A stretch of 35,506 bases of DNA. It comes from a virus (Duplodnaviria; Caudoviricetes). Made by a program: the position numbers and the translations under genes. Numbering within the stretch: the first letter of the stretch is position 1; the number at the start of each line of letters is the position of its first letter. Positions 13,701 to 22,797 of the stretch are shown in pieces. A model generated the notes under the pieces. It was given only the letters and a program-made list of their open reading frames with translations, searched no databases and was not told where the DNA came from. Location of the stretch: the IMG/VR virus record IMGVR_UViG_3300044646_000999, positions 1 through 35,506 of that record. One strand, written 5' to 3'.

Positions 13701-16679
13701 CTCGACGCCCAGCACCTGCTTGCTGTACTCCCGCGCCGCCTTGTCCATGCGGTTGGAGACTTCGGCGATGTCGATGAACGCCCCGTTGGCCCGCTCCCAC
13801 AGGCCACGCCAATACTCGTGCCCGGTGTACTTCTTGAGGTAATCCATCAGCCCCTTGCGGTCCGCGATCCGGTCGCCAGCCCGGTCCACCGCGTTCATCT
13901 TGCGGATGAGCATGTTGTACTCGGCAGCGGCGGCGGTCAGATTCAGCAGCGCCCGAGGGTGACGCTCTTCCATCGTCTTGATGAAGTGATCAAACAGTTC
14001 CGGATACTCTTGCTTGAGGAACGCCGGTCCTTCCTGAACGTACAGCCGAATGAACTCGGCGCGGCCCTCCCGCATGACTTCTCTGGCGGCGTATCCCCCC
14101 GTTTTGGTTTGATGCTTTCCAATCGTCCGCAGTTGCGACTCAGCCTTGCCGCCGACCTTGGGCGTCAGCACCACGTTGTCACCCAACTCGACGGCGTGCC
14201 CCATTTCGTGGAAGACGGTCGGGAAGTTCGTGCGAGAATCCACGCTCGCAGCGCCGATGCGTCGATTGAACGCACCCCGCACATTCCCGCCCCCCTTCAT
14301 CTCATTCAGGGGGATGTCGTAGTTGCCATTCCGTAGCACAGACTCGGCGGCGGTCTTCACCAACTCCGTGACTCGCTTGCCGCTGGCGATATCTCCCGCA
14401 GACGGACCATCGATGTTCTGGCCGGTCGGCGTGCCACGAACACCCTGGTTCCCCTTGCTGTTCGCGTATGTCGCCTGCCCCTTCGCGGACGCCACCGGTG
14501 CCCGAGTCTCAGGGTCTTCGCCCATCCTGTTCAGCAGGGCCACCACCTTGCCGCGATTCGTCGGGTCGCCAAGCTCGGGCGGCAACTGGTTGATGTTTGC
14601 CAGCCCCATCGCTTTGGCGAAATTGCGCATGTGCAGGTTGCGGATTTTCGCGACCTTTTCGCGCACCGCTGGCGTCATCGCGTTGATGATCCGCGTCACC
14701 GGGTCGGACGGATTGGGGACGTTCGTGTTCGTCACCGCTGGCTTGCGTGGCCCGAGGTCGGCGGATTCTTCCGACTGATCCATCGATTCGTCGGATTGCT
14801 GCGCCGCTCGCGTGCCGATTTTGCCGGATGCCCCCCGCGCCGCCATCCCAACGTAAAAGTTCCCCTTCCCATCCGTAATCAGTGCGTCGCGTTCTTGCGG
14901 CGACAACTGGCCGGGAGCGTCGTGCTTGTGCAGCGACACCTTCCCCTCTTGCGACATCCGCAGAATGCCACGGTCGAATTGCTCCTTCGACAGATTCGGG
15001 AACTCGGCCCGAACATCACGAACGCCCAGAAGCGAACCGTTTCGGACGGCACCGGGCATGAGCCGTTCCATCACGTCGAACACGCCACCGGTTTTCTCTG
15101 GCTCTGCCTGTGGCGGTTCGCTCTGCTTGCGTGCGGCCTGCTGCTGCGCGAAGGCTTGGACCCTCTTCGCCACCTCAACGGCAAAGGCTCGCTTGGCTGG
15201 CGTGTCCAGCGTGTTCGGCAGCTTCGACCGGTCGACGCCCATTGCCTCCGCGAAGGCGGACCGCGATGACTTCTCCAATGCCGCGATCTTCGCGACGACT
15301 TCCGCTGGCTTTGACGCGACCTCGCGCCTCGTTTCGAGCATCTCCGGGTTGGATTTGTCGAGCGCAGTCATTCCCCGGTCGAAGTACGGATCGTCTCCGG
15401 GGTCTTGGATCGGATCATCGACCGGCACGGATGGCATGTTCGTGTTCGGCATCGACAGCGGTTCGTTCAACGGAACCGCTTGCGTCAGCGAAGACGGGCC
15501 GGGTGTCCGACCACCTATCTGCGGTTCGACTTGTCCCGGATCGACCGGATTCGCGCCGCTCGGGCCTGTCGGTTGAACCGGAAGTGTCGGGTCCGCAAGC
15601 GGCGTCGGTTCTGGAGTGACATTCGGGGTTCCTTGACCGGAAGCGATTTGCCGCAACGCCTCTTGCGTGTTAGCCCAATTGACCGCCTGAATCCCACCAG
15701 AGATCAGGCCACCGGCAGCAGCCCCCAGCGCAAAGGACTGTGCCGCGTCCCAGAGGTATTCGTTCCACGTTCCGTACTGCTTTTGCAGCCGGTTGTCGCC
15801 GGTCATGTTCGCCGCCGCACGATCCACCCAATCGCCCAGCACGAACGCAGCGACCTCTTCCAGCCCCTCGCCCGCCGCCGACCGTGCCGTCTGCGCCAGC
15901 TTCGCAGCCAAGCCGCCAGCCGCGACCTTCGCCAAGTCGCCAGCCACGGCACGGCTGAACATCTTAGCCGCATCTTTCGACAGACCGCCAAGAGGCGTCT
16001 TGTCCAGCAGGAACTCCGTCCCCGCTTCGACAGCCCCGTGCGCCGCCCCGTAGGCCAGCGCCGCGTTCTCTTGCCAGCCCGCTTCCTTTGCCCGCCGGTA
16101 GCTCTGCGCGGCAGGTTCCGCGAACATATTCAGGGCCACGGCACCAGCACGCACCGCCGCCGTACCTGGGGCAGCCGCCGCCGAGAACACTTTCGTCGCC
16201 GACTTCGCCACGTTCGAGAAGAAGTTCGAGTACCCGCCTCGCCCCATCTCCGACTTCAGCCGCTCGTTTTGGAGCAGGTAGTCGCCGACCGGCGTACCGT
16301 TACCGCTCATGTACGCCAGCGGGTCGACCACCGCGCCAGCGGTTGCCGTGATCCCTTCGCCGATCCCTTCGAGTGCCGAGCCGAACAAGTCGAACGTGCT
16401 GTGTGCGAACTGCGGAACTTGCGTGAGGGGACTCAAGGCGAAAGCATTGCGGTCATTGCCGCCCGCCGCCGTGTACTCCCGCCCAAGCCGCGCAGACTCC
16501 GCGTCAGGAAGCTCGCGCGTGTATCCGGACAGTTCGTCACCCGTCTTCACGCGGAAGCCGGGTTGCAACGCAGGATCGACAAAAGGCTTTGGCTCGGTGA
16601 AGTCACCGAAGCCACGGGCCTTGAGGGATTCCAGAGCGTCGGAGGTCAACTCTTCAATCGTCGGGATGCGGTAAGGCAT
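10731..16679 (-). CDS. Large polyvalent internal virion/ejection protein (~1980 aa) with zincin HExxH motif and LPD38-like C-terminus
   Basis: SD precedes MPYRIP. Gly/Ala hydrophobic N-terminal segments, FHEMGH...EGRAEF, and TGNYARRG...RPYSSAGVVHG resembling LPD38. It is the last of three ejection-type genes. Confidence 0.75.
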   Translation of the reverse strand: MPYRIPTIEELTSDALESLKARGFGDFTEPKPFVDPALQPGFRVKTGDELSGYTRELPDAESARLGREYTAAGGNDRNAFALSPLTQVPQFAHSTFDLFGSALEGIGEGITATAGAVVDPLAYMSGNGTPVGDYLLQNERLKSEMGRGGYSNFFSNVAKSATKVFSAAAAPGTAAVRAGAVALNMFAEPAAQSYRRAKEAGWQENAALAYGAAHGAVEAGTEFLLDKTPLGGLSKDAAKMFSRAVAGDLAKVAAGGLAAKLAQTARSAAGEGLEEVAAFVLGDWVDRAAANMTGDNRLQKQYGTWNEYLWDAAQSFALGAAAGGLISGGIQAVNWANTQEALRQIASGQGTPNVTPEPTPLADPTLPVQPTGPSGANPVDPGQVEPQIGGRTPGPSSLTQAVPLNEPLSMPNTNMPSVPVDDPIQDPGDDPYFDRGMTALDKSNPEMLETRREVASKPAEVVAKIAALEKSSRSAFAEAMGVDRSKLPNTLDTPAKRAFAVEVAKRVQAFAQQQAARKQSEPPQAEPEKTGGVFDVMERLMPGAVRNGSLLGVRDVRAEFPNLSKEQFDRGILRMSQEGKVSLHKHDAPGQLSPQERDALITDGKGNFYVGMAARGASGKIGTRAAQQSDESMDQSEESADLGPRKPAVTNTNVPNPSDPVTRIINAMTPAVREKVAKIRNLHMRNFAKAMGLANINQLPPELGDPTNRGKVVALLNRMGEDPETRAPVASAKGQATYANSKGNQGVRGTPTGQNIDGPSAGDIASGKRVTELVKTAAESVLRNGNYDIPLNEMKGGGNVRGAFNRRIGAASVDSRTNFPTVFHEMGHAVELGDNVVLTPKVGGKAESQLRTIGKHQTKTGGYAAREVMREGRAEFIRLYVQEGPAFLKQEYPELFDHFIKTMEERHPRALLNLTAAAAEYNMLIRKMNAVDRAGDRIADRKGLMDYLKKYTGHEYWRGLWERANGAFIDIAEVSNRMDKAAREYSKQVLGVELGIPDRLRPDKMLVYLHGLASSHTQMWLDSQPVMWDGTRQGKSLRELLAPLLGKKEWIDAFNRLLLAKRTFALQDPDTLDRMNDARVLQFMNNAGMVQVDPNQQGPDPDMRSPNVTIKRIDPRATGLSLTDATAAIKLLEAEFDGTNGKPNFKEILDDYYEFHDLLLQYAADASPTLRLSVDRIRAVNEDGIPLGDPGAYVPLLRDFEDERTASPTASAASGQLGRRLIGSDRQIKDPLMATVMNLEARLTAIHERVMLETVLAMADTPKIPGLAPFILKLADGESGKDGLATFEAVDRSGKLARYQINDQGVVRLLHAMDPVAFAGRMMGGKIIDRFVVGPNRILKNFATGFNPRFAFLTQTIFSIPEMLAIGGSFADPNKANEATNLLQATIRRGKNHWELMGQMMVNMLAIAAKKSTIDRFVPGQYFQNIIAQLEQARADGVTFETSIRNDESVAWNISRNVAGRTPHQIMNEDGGMALFKWGLTEVPRWIGSAFGTVPEAAALAVYQSKLRELGLKPGDAKTLEQRMDVAEAVKESTGNYARRGSTMRYLEKLRPYSSAGVVHGMSLLRAIKNDPLNVTQVMGYATILGLLAVAKAMEDDEYLEADITQKIKYLHVKHDGKWYLLPQYSEFGLMTHGAAVVALHALKGQNEDAFRGLMEGVKSLSLSVLGYSAATGVPVMDEALSQLMNEDVRQGDNIAFRAAGLADRAGAPIVPNYRDMREGDVQPTVVSKREASQQYTDKTTPLAWLAGFAGASPMRVEHAADAMTGGQFSNFQKVFTEADPLRVIAPKTRKEGELSYRDKSTEFLYDKIKEANERSNDPRRKETEADRDKRLMLEAADRARDAWSALQRATKDPDKIKEYAAKKRDVSRVAVEQYEKGDVSKSAFAVQERVASLLLAKEWGQDEEARKLIANGVDDLTRFRPVKRDEVDRWTEDTQKARDFIKESGLSRDEILTAYREHMAESTISATAKAGKLNRLRSALR

Positions 16680-16693
16680 CGCACCCTTTCCTT

Positions 16694-18013
16694 TCACATG
16701 CCTGCCACATCGGCCACGGACGTTCCGGTCACGCCGGTCGTCCACTCAATCGCTTCCCGCATCGTCGTCGTGTACGCCTCTCGCGATTTCTGGAGAGCCT
16801 GCAATCGCATCTCGGCTTGGAACGCTGCTGGGTTCACGCCGGGCGGGATTGTGGCGCTGGCAGCCTGCTGCATCAGGGATTCGTACACCGCGTTCGAGCG
16901 GTCGTATGCCATCTTCATGCTGGTCGACACGGCTTCGTTGACGCCACGCAATCGCACTTCTTCCATCCGTGCGTTCGGGTTCGGCAACGCCTCAAAGCCC
17001 CGATCCGTCGCCATGAACTTCTCGCCCTTGTACTCCACCAGCCCGTTCTTGAACTTCCATTCGGCGTCGGAATAGATCGGGGCGCGGGCCTTGATGCCCA
17101 TCGCTTCGTTGGTCAATTGCCACTCAATTTGTGCCCTTACATTCGGGTCGTCTTTCATGCCCGTCTGGTCCAGCCACTTATTGGCCGCGTCCATCTTTGC
17201 GTTGAACCCGCCCCATCGAGTTTCGTACTCCCGCTGCGCCATCGAGTCGTAATACTTGCCATACTCGTCGAGAAAGTTCTTCTGTCGGAACTCCTTGTCC
17301 GCCAGCGTGCTCGACAGGTCGAGTTGATTCTTCTTCGACAGGTTCAACTGCTCAATGCGGTTCGCCTGATCGGCAGCTTGTTGCTTTGCGTCAAGATTCG
17401 CGTTCAGGCCCATCAACTCGGCCTTCTGCTGGCCGTCGAGCATCGCCATGCCGTACTGCTGCTGTGCCTGGAATCGCTCGGATTGCTGCCGGGCCTGCAA
17501 CTGCATCATCGTGTTCTGCCGCTCCATTTGCAGGGACATCGCCGTGCGCTGATTCTGCGCTTGGATGTTCCGCATGTCGGAGAGGTTTTGTTGGGCAAGC
17601 TGCTGCTGCTGGCGATACTCCGTGGACGAGATATCGTTCTGCTGCTGTTGCAACCCGACCGCCAGCCGTTGGTCCTGCATCGACCGGTCATTGGCGATGC
17701 CGACGCCGAACCGCCAATTCTGGTTCCCCGCGTCGTACTGCGCCATCGCCGTCTGCTGGGCGAGGTTGCGCAGTTGCTCCGTCTGAGACGCCTGAATCTG
17801 CTGCGTCTGCCGGTACTGGCCGTCGAGGATGCCGAGCTTCTGCTGGTACTGACCATCGGCCACCTGCAACATCGTCAGGTCGCGGCGCTGGTTCAGTTCG
17901 TCGCGCGCAAGCTGCTGCTGCTGGGCGAAGCGGTTGTAGTCGCCCGCCCCCGAGGTCATCGCAGCCTTGGCGACGAGTTGGGCGTCCGGAGAGTATTGGA
18001 CGGTGATGGCCAT
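16694..18013 (-). CDS. Gln-rich coiled-coil putative DNA ejection protein
   Basis: Q/A-rich helical composition, located in the podoviral ejection-protein slot. Confidence 0.65.
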   Translation of the reverse strand: MAITVQYSPDAQLVAKAAMTSGAGDYNRFAQQQQLARDELNQRRDLTMLQVADGQYQQKLGILDGQYRQTQQIQASQTEQLRNLAQQTAMAQYDAGNQNWRFGVGIANDRSMQDQRLAVGLQQQQNDISSTEYRQQQQLAQQNLSDMRNIQAQNQRTAMSLQMERQNTMMQLQARQQSERFQAQQQYGMAMLDGQQKAELMGLNANLDAKQQAADQANRIEQLNLSKKNQLDLSSTLADKEFRQKNFLDEYGKYYDSMAQREYETRWGGFNAKMDAANKWLDQTGMKDDPNVRAQIEWQLTNEAMGIKARAPIYSDAEWKFKNGLVEYKGEKFMATDRGFEALPNPNARMEEVRLRGVNEAVSTSMKMAYDRSNAVYESLMQQAASATIPPGVNPAAFQAEMRLQALQKSREAYTTTMREAIEWTTGVTGTSVADVAGM

Positions 18014-18016
18014 GTA

Positions 18017-21000
18017 TCAGACTCCCCAGCGGCGGGCAGGCGGTTGCGGCATCATGACGCCACCGACGAGGGACGGCGGCTTGTTCTGGACACCCGGAGC
18101 GCCGTACTGCTGGAACGTCGGGGCAGCGGCAGGACCGGGCGGGGCCATCATGGACGGGCCGGGCATCGCGGAACTGCCGTATCCCGACATCGGCGACATG
18201 GGCGGCGCACTGGCAAACGGCACGGGTTCCGGGCGTTGCGGCACCACACCCATCGGCGGCGTGCTGCTGGGCGTCGGCATCGAGAACGATTGCCCGTAGC
18301 CCGAACCGTAGGACGTGGTCGATGCGTTCGCTTGCTTGGGAGCGCTCGACTGTTGACCGTACCCGGCCATCGGCGACGACATGCTCGCCATTCCGGGCGT
18401 TCCGCCATATGCCGGATTCGGCATTTCTGGCGGACGGAATCCGCTCGACAATTGCGGGTTGTTCGGGTTCTGCGACCGCATCGCGTTCGTCACGTCGTTC
18501 GGGTTCCCCGGAGCGACAGCGGACACCGGCGGATCGGGAAAGCCCATCACCGAGGGGGAAGCCGGGGGTGGTGCTGGCGCCTTGGTTTTGGACACGGGCG
18601 AAACCGCCGCGTCGGTCATCCAAGTGTTGCCGTTCCGCGTGCCGCTCGATTGCGGGTCGTAGTTGGACGGCGCGTAGTTCGCATCGGCACCGCTCATGCC
18701 GTTGTTCGCGTTGCCGCCACCCATGAATGGTTGTTGCCCGAGCATGTAGTCGGCGGTCGGCATCGAGCCTTGCGTCGATGTCACGGGCACGTCGTACATG
18801 CCGAACCGATTCGTCTCCGGTCGGTTGGCGTTGGCCGCTTGCAGGTCCGCCCACTCCTTGTACGGGTCGGTCTGCTGCGGAGTGTCTTGTCCACCCAGCG
18901 CCGCGAGGTTCGGGTTGATGCTCGACTGCGGACCCATCTGTGCCGTCGTTCCATCGAACAGGGACGACTTGTCCACGCCGCTTGGGTTCACGGCCCGCGA
19001 CAACTGGCTCGCCATTTTGTTCGAGTCGTACCCGCTGAACGCCTGCGCGAGAGACGGCAGTGTGCTATTGAAGTTGGCTGACGCTTGCCGGGCATCGGCG
19101 GTCGCTTGCGCGATCGACTCGGCGGATGGTGTCGCCGAATTGGCGTAGGGCGACATCGTGCCATCCGCCCGCACGCCGCCAATACTCGACGATCCCGAGG
19201 TGTCTGCGGCCCCGGCTTGCATCTCACGCTGCGTGCGAGTCTGCGATCCGGACATCCCAGCCCTCATCGCCCGCTGCATGTCGCCTTCCATCGACGCGGC
19301 TGCTTGCTGTTCGGTGAGTTGCGACGTGCTGCCATACCCGGAAAGCGGGGTCGATTCCGCCGTCGCCGGTGGAGGCGGGGCAGCGGTTTGACTCCGCGTC
19401 GTGCCGCCCTGATTCGCCGCATCCGCTTGCTGCTGCGGAGTCGTGATCCCCGCCCCTTGGTTCAGGAATGTGTTGCCGGGCGTCGCTGGCGCAGCACCCG
19501 ATTGAGTCGGGGCGTAGTTCATCAGCGTGCCGTTCTGCAGCGCCGTGGTCACTTGCGGCGGCAGGTTCACGGCGGGTTGCGTCGCGGCGGGCGTCGTGCT
19601 GGTCGATCCGGTCAACGTCGTCGGTCCCGCAGCCCCGACACCACTGGCAAGGTTCGCGAGGCTTTCCGTGGACGGCCCCACGTCGTTCCGGCCACCGATC
19701 CAGTTCACGATATCGCCCGTCTGGCGATAGTCCTCGTTCAGGTTCTGGCGTGCTTGGTTGTCCCAATACCGGTTGGTCTCGGCGGCTTGGTCGGTCGTCA
19801 GCCCCCGCATCACCCCCGAGCGCACGGTCGTGTTCGCCAGCCCCCGGTTGATGAGGTCTTGGTCCGCAGTCGCACGCGCACCCTCGAACTGCCGCCCAAT
19901 GTCGGCGATCCCCTCGTTCGTCAGGTTGTTGATGGCGAGACCGGCCCGATTCATCCGGTCGAGCAAAGCCGCCAAGCCTTGGTCGTACCGGCTCATGTTC
20001 GCCTGATTGGCCGCGTCCGTCTGGTTCTGGTACGAGTTGGCAAGGTCGGACACCAGCCCCGCGTTGGGGCTTGCTCCCGTGCCACCGTAGCCCGCCAGCG
20101 GAGCGGTTCCCGTACTGGTCGTCGTTCCGGTCGTGCCCGTGCCCGTCGTGCCGTAGCCAGCAAGCGGGTTCTGAAACTCTGGGATGGTGAAACCGCCCGT
20201 GCCGGTTCCCGTGCCCGATCCACCGCTCACGCCCGTGCCGATTTGTGTCAGGTCGGGGAAGTTGGCCGTGGGGGCAGGGGGGATGTTGAAATCCCCCCCA
20301 GCGCTCGGCAGGGAGAAGTTACCGCCGCCCGCTGTTCCGCCCCCATAGCCACCCCCGCCGCCGCCCAATTCAATGGGAGCGCCCGTCCCCGTCGTCATCG
20401 CCCCGCCCCAGCCCATTTGGCCGTTGCCGCCGTATCCCATCTGCGGGTTACTGGCGAGGGTTTGCGCCCACCAGTCCGCGTAGTTCGGGCCGACCGGGCC
20501 ACCGCCAACCGTGGTTTGATTGCGGTCGTCGATGCCGTTGTTGTCGACATCGCGGAAGCCGGTTTGGTTCTTCCCCGGTTCGTCCAGCTCGTTCACGGTG
20601 CCGTCGCCGTTTGTGTCGAGCGGATTGACCGCGTTGCTGGCCGCGTTCGGCACCAGCCCCGGCATGGGGGCAGGCCCTTGCGTGACACCCGGATTACCGG
20701 GCAGCGTGGACGCGGGGCCGGAAGGGGGCAGGCCGGTCAGGCCGGGGGGCGGCGGATCGGGAATGCCGTCGCCATTTTCATCCTGCCAGCCGGGGTCGCT
20801 GGGGTGCGGACCGGATGGCGTGACATTCCACTCCGGGCGACTAGCCGCCCACTCTTCCGCCGTCATCTTCGTCGGGTCCACCGGCGAAGTTGAAGCGGGT
20901 CCGCCAGCCATGCCACCGGCTTTCGTGGCCGCCTCCATCCACGCGCGGTATTCGGGGGAGTTGAGGTTGTAGCCGCTTCCGTATCCGCCCATGACGGACA

Positions 21001-21181
21001 GTTCGCCACCAAGGCCAATCTTCTCCGCTCCGCTGGTCGGCTGAACGGCTGGCGCTGGAGGCGCAGTCCCGGAGCCAGTTGCCGGATTGATCGGCAAATT
21101 CGGCTGCGCACCTTGTGTGCCAAGCAGGTAGTTCTGAAACGCTTGCCAGTCGGACAACGTTTCCTCAAACGGAACGGCCAT
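18017..21181 (-). CDS. 1054-aa low-complexity putative internal virion/ejection protein
   Basis: P/G/T/S/A-rich with a helical core (QDLINRGLANTT) and Dx[DN]xDG-like motifs. It lies directly after the nozzle gene. Confidence 0.65.
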   Translation of the reverse strand: MAVPFEETLSDWQAFQNYLLGTQGAQPNLPINPATGSGTAPPAPAVQPTSGAEKIGLGGELSVMGGYGSGYNLNSPEYRAWMEAATKAGGMAGGPASTSPVDPTKMTAEEWAASRPEWNVTPSGPHPSDPGWQDENGDGIPDPPPPGLTGLPPSGPASTLPGNPGVTQGPAPMPGLVPNAASNAVNPLDTNGDGTVNELDEPGKNQTGFRDVDNNGIDDRNQTTVGGGPVGPNYADWWAQTLASNPQMGYGGNGQMGWGGAMTTGTGAPIELGGGGGGYGGGTAGGGNFSLPSAGGDFNIPPAPTANFPDLTQIGTGVSGGSGTGTGTGGFTIPEFQNPLAGYGTTGTGTTGTTTSTGTAPLAGYGGTGASPNAGLVSDLANSYQNQTDAANQANMSRYDQGLAALLDRMNRAGLAINNLTNEGIADIGRQFEGARATADQDLINRGLANTTVRSGVMRGLTTDQAAETNRYWDNQARQNLNEDYRQTGDIVNWIGGRNDVGPSTESLANLASGVGAAGPTTLTGSTSTTPAATQPAVNLPPQVTTALQNGTLMNYAPTQSGAAPATPGNTFLNQGAGITTPQQQADAANQGGTTRSQTAAPPPPATAESTPLSGYGSTSQLTEQQAAASMEGDMQRAMRAGMSGSQTRTQREMQAGAADTSGSSSIGGVRADGTMSPYANSATPSAESIAQATADARQASANFNSTLPSLAQAFSGYDSNKMASQLSRAVNPSGVDKSSLFDGTTAQMGPQSSINPNLAALGGQDTPQQTDPYKEWADLQAANANRPETNRFGMYDVPVTSTQGSMPTADYMLGQQPFMGGGNANNGMSGADANYAPSNYDPQSSGTRNGNTWMTDAAVSPVSKTKAPAPPPASPSVMGFPDPPVSAVAPGNPNDVTNAMRSQNPNNPQLSSGFRPPEMPNPAYGGTPGMASMSSPMAGYGQQSSAPKQANASTTSYGSGYGQSFSMPTPSSTPPMGVVPQRPEPVPFASAPPMSPMSGYGSSAMPGPSMMAPPGPAAAPTFQQYGAPGVQNKPPSLVGGVMMPQPPARRWGV

Positions 21182-21192
21182 GACTCACCCTC

Positions 21193-22797
21193 TCAAAACA
21201 TCCGCCCGGCGGATTGGCCCAATTCTTCGGCGATCATCGTTCCGCGTTCATAGGACCAGTGCGCCCCTTCGGTCCCGCTGGCAATCTTCATGGCGACAAC
21301 CTGCCCCATGACCCGCTGTCGCTCGACGTACTTGTCCGTGTCCGTCGTCGTGTACGAGAACGTCGCGGTCGAAGCGAAGGCGTCTTCCGCCGAGTAGCCC
21401 TTGTGAAACGCCACGGAAACCGCCGTGTCCGTCGTGTTGTTGCCCAAGTAAACCTTGGTTTCCCTCGCCCGGATCGGGGCACGGCTGTTACTCATGTACG
21501 GGCCGAGCCATACATAGCTGTCGATTTCGTGGCTGGCCGTCTCGTCGTCCCACGAGGTCGAACTGTCGATCCGGCGAATGCGTCCGTCGCGGCAGCCGAT
21601 GAGAACCACCCGGTCGTCCGGATCGTCGCCGTCGTACACATGCGTCGCGGACACGTTCAGGTCGTCATCCACGAAGGCGTCGGCCCACCATGCTTTCTGC
21701 CGCGTGTCGAAGACGTAATTGACCGTGTCGCCACCGGCCAGCGGCGTGATGTACACCATGACCGCCTCGAATTCCGCGTCGTAGGCGAGACGGACGATGT
21801 TGGTCGACAGATTCACGCTCTTGAGGCGGAACCCGATGTTGTTCGACAGCAGGGCAGGGGGGTTGTTCGGGGCGATGGCGTACAGCCCGCCACGCGAGCC
21901 GAAGAAGTAGACGATCCCCTCGGGGCTTTTGCACCACGTCGGCCCAAACGCCATGCCGATGCCGTCGCTGATGCGGTCGATCCGCCCGCCCGCCATCGGG
22001 TCGTTCGTCATCTGATAAATGGAGTGATCTCCACCGAAGATGAGGATGTCGTCGTTGAACGGAATCAGCGTGTTGATGATGTCGGCGCACTTGCCCGCGT
22101 CGGAGTTGTTCCCCGCGACAGCCATCGCCTCCGTCACCGTGGCCCCGTAGTCCCAATCGAGCGGGTCGCCCAGCTTCGACATGAACCAGTTGTGTGGGTC
22201 GCTCGACAGCCCCGACAGCACGATCCGCGACCGCCAGGTGCAGATCAGTCGGCACCGCGTCGATCCGCTTCCCGGCAGACTTCCACCCGAGGGGGTCCAC
22301 GTCGCGACCGTGTTTGTCGATGCCGTGTACTTCTTGACGTTCTCGCCGTCCACGAAATACAGCACGCCAAACAGTTCCGCAGAATCGACGTGTGGGAACG
22401 AAGCGCTCAGCGCCCCGGTTCCGCTCGTCGCCGCCGTGTAAGAACCGCCCCGGCTGAACGTCTTGACGTTGCCGTTCGAGACCGCAATTCCGGTCGTGGA
22501 CCGCATGGCATACGTCCCGCTGCCGGACCACGCCGCCGTCGAAGTGATGTGGGTAATGTGTTGAATCGGATAGTCGCCCGTGTGTTGCGCCGTCAGGAAT
22601 CGAGTGTGGCCAGCGCGTTGGGCACCACGGAGACGGCCCGTCTTGGGGTCGTACCCGCGCACGTTCCGCGCGTCGTAAGCCGTAACGGCCCTCGACGTAT
22701 CGCGGTTCTGTCGGAACACTGGCTCAAGCTCGCTAATTCCCGCTACGGGAAAGGCAAGATCGAGACTCAAGCTCCGTGGCCCTCTGAACTTCGCCAC
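21193..22797 (-). CDS. Tail nozzle / DNA stabilization protein (P22 gp10- or T7 gp12-like beta-propeller)
   Basis: Beta-rich repeats and RIVLSG...NWFMSKLGDPLDW. GTG start after GGAG. Position after the adaptor gene fits. Confidence 0.7.
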   Translation of the reverse strand: MAKFRGPRSLSLDLAFPVAGISELEPVFRQNRDTSRAVTAYDARNVRGYDPKTGRLRGAQRAGHTRFLTAQHTGDYPIQHITHITSTAAWSGSGTYAMRSTTGIAVSNGNVKTFSRGGSYTAATSGTGALSASFPHVDSAELFGVLYFVDGENVKKYTASTNTVATWTPSGGSLPGSGSTRCRLICTWRSRIVLSGLSSDPHNWFMSKLGDPLDWDYGATVTEAMAVAGNNSDAGKCADIINTLIPFNDDILIFGGDHSIYQMTNDPMAGGRIDRISDGIGMAFGPTWCKSPEGIVYFFGSRGGLYAIAPNNPPALLSNNIGFRLKSVNLSTNIVRLAYDAEFEAVMVYITPLAGGDTVNYVFDTRQKAWWADAFVDDDLNVSATHVYDGDDPDDRVVLIGCRDGRIRRIDSSTSWDDETASHEIDSYVWLGPYMSNSRAPIRARETKVYLGNNTTDTAVSVAFHKGYSAEDAFASTATFSYTTTDTDKYVERQRVMGQVVAMKIASGTEGAHWSYERGTMIAEELGQSAGRMF

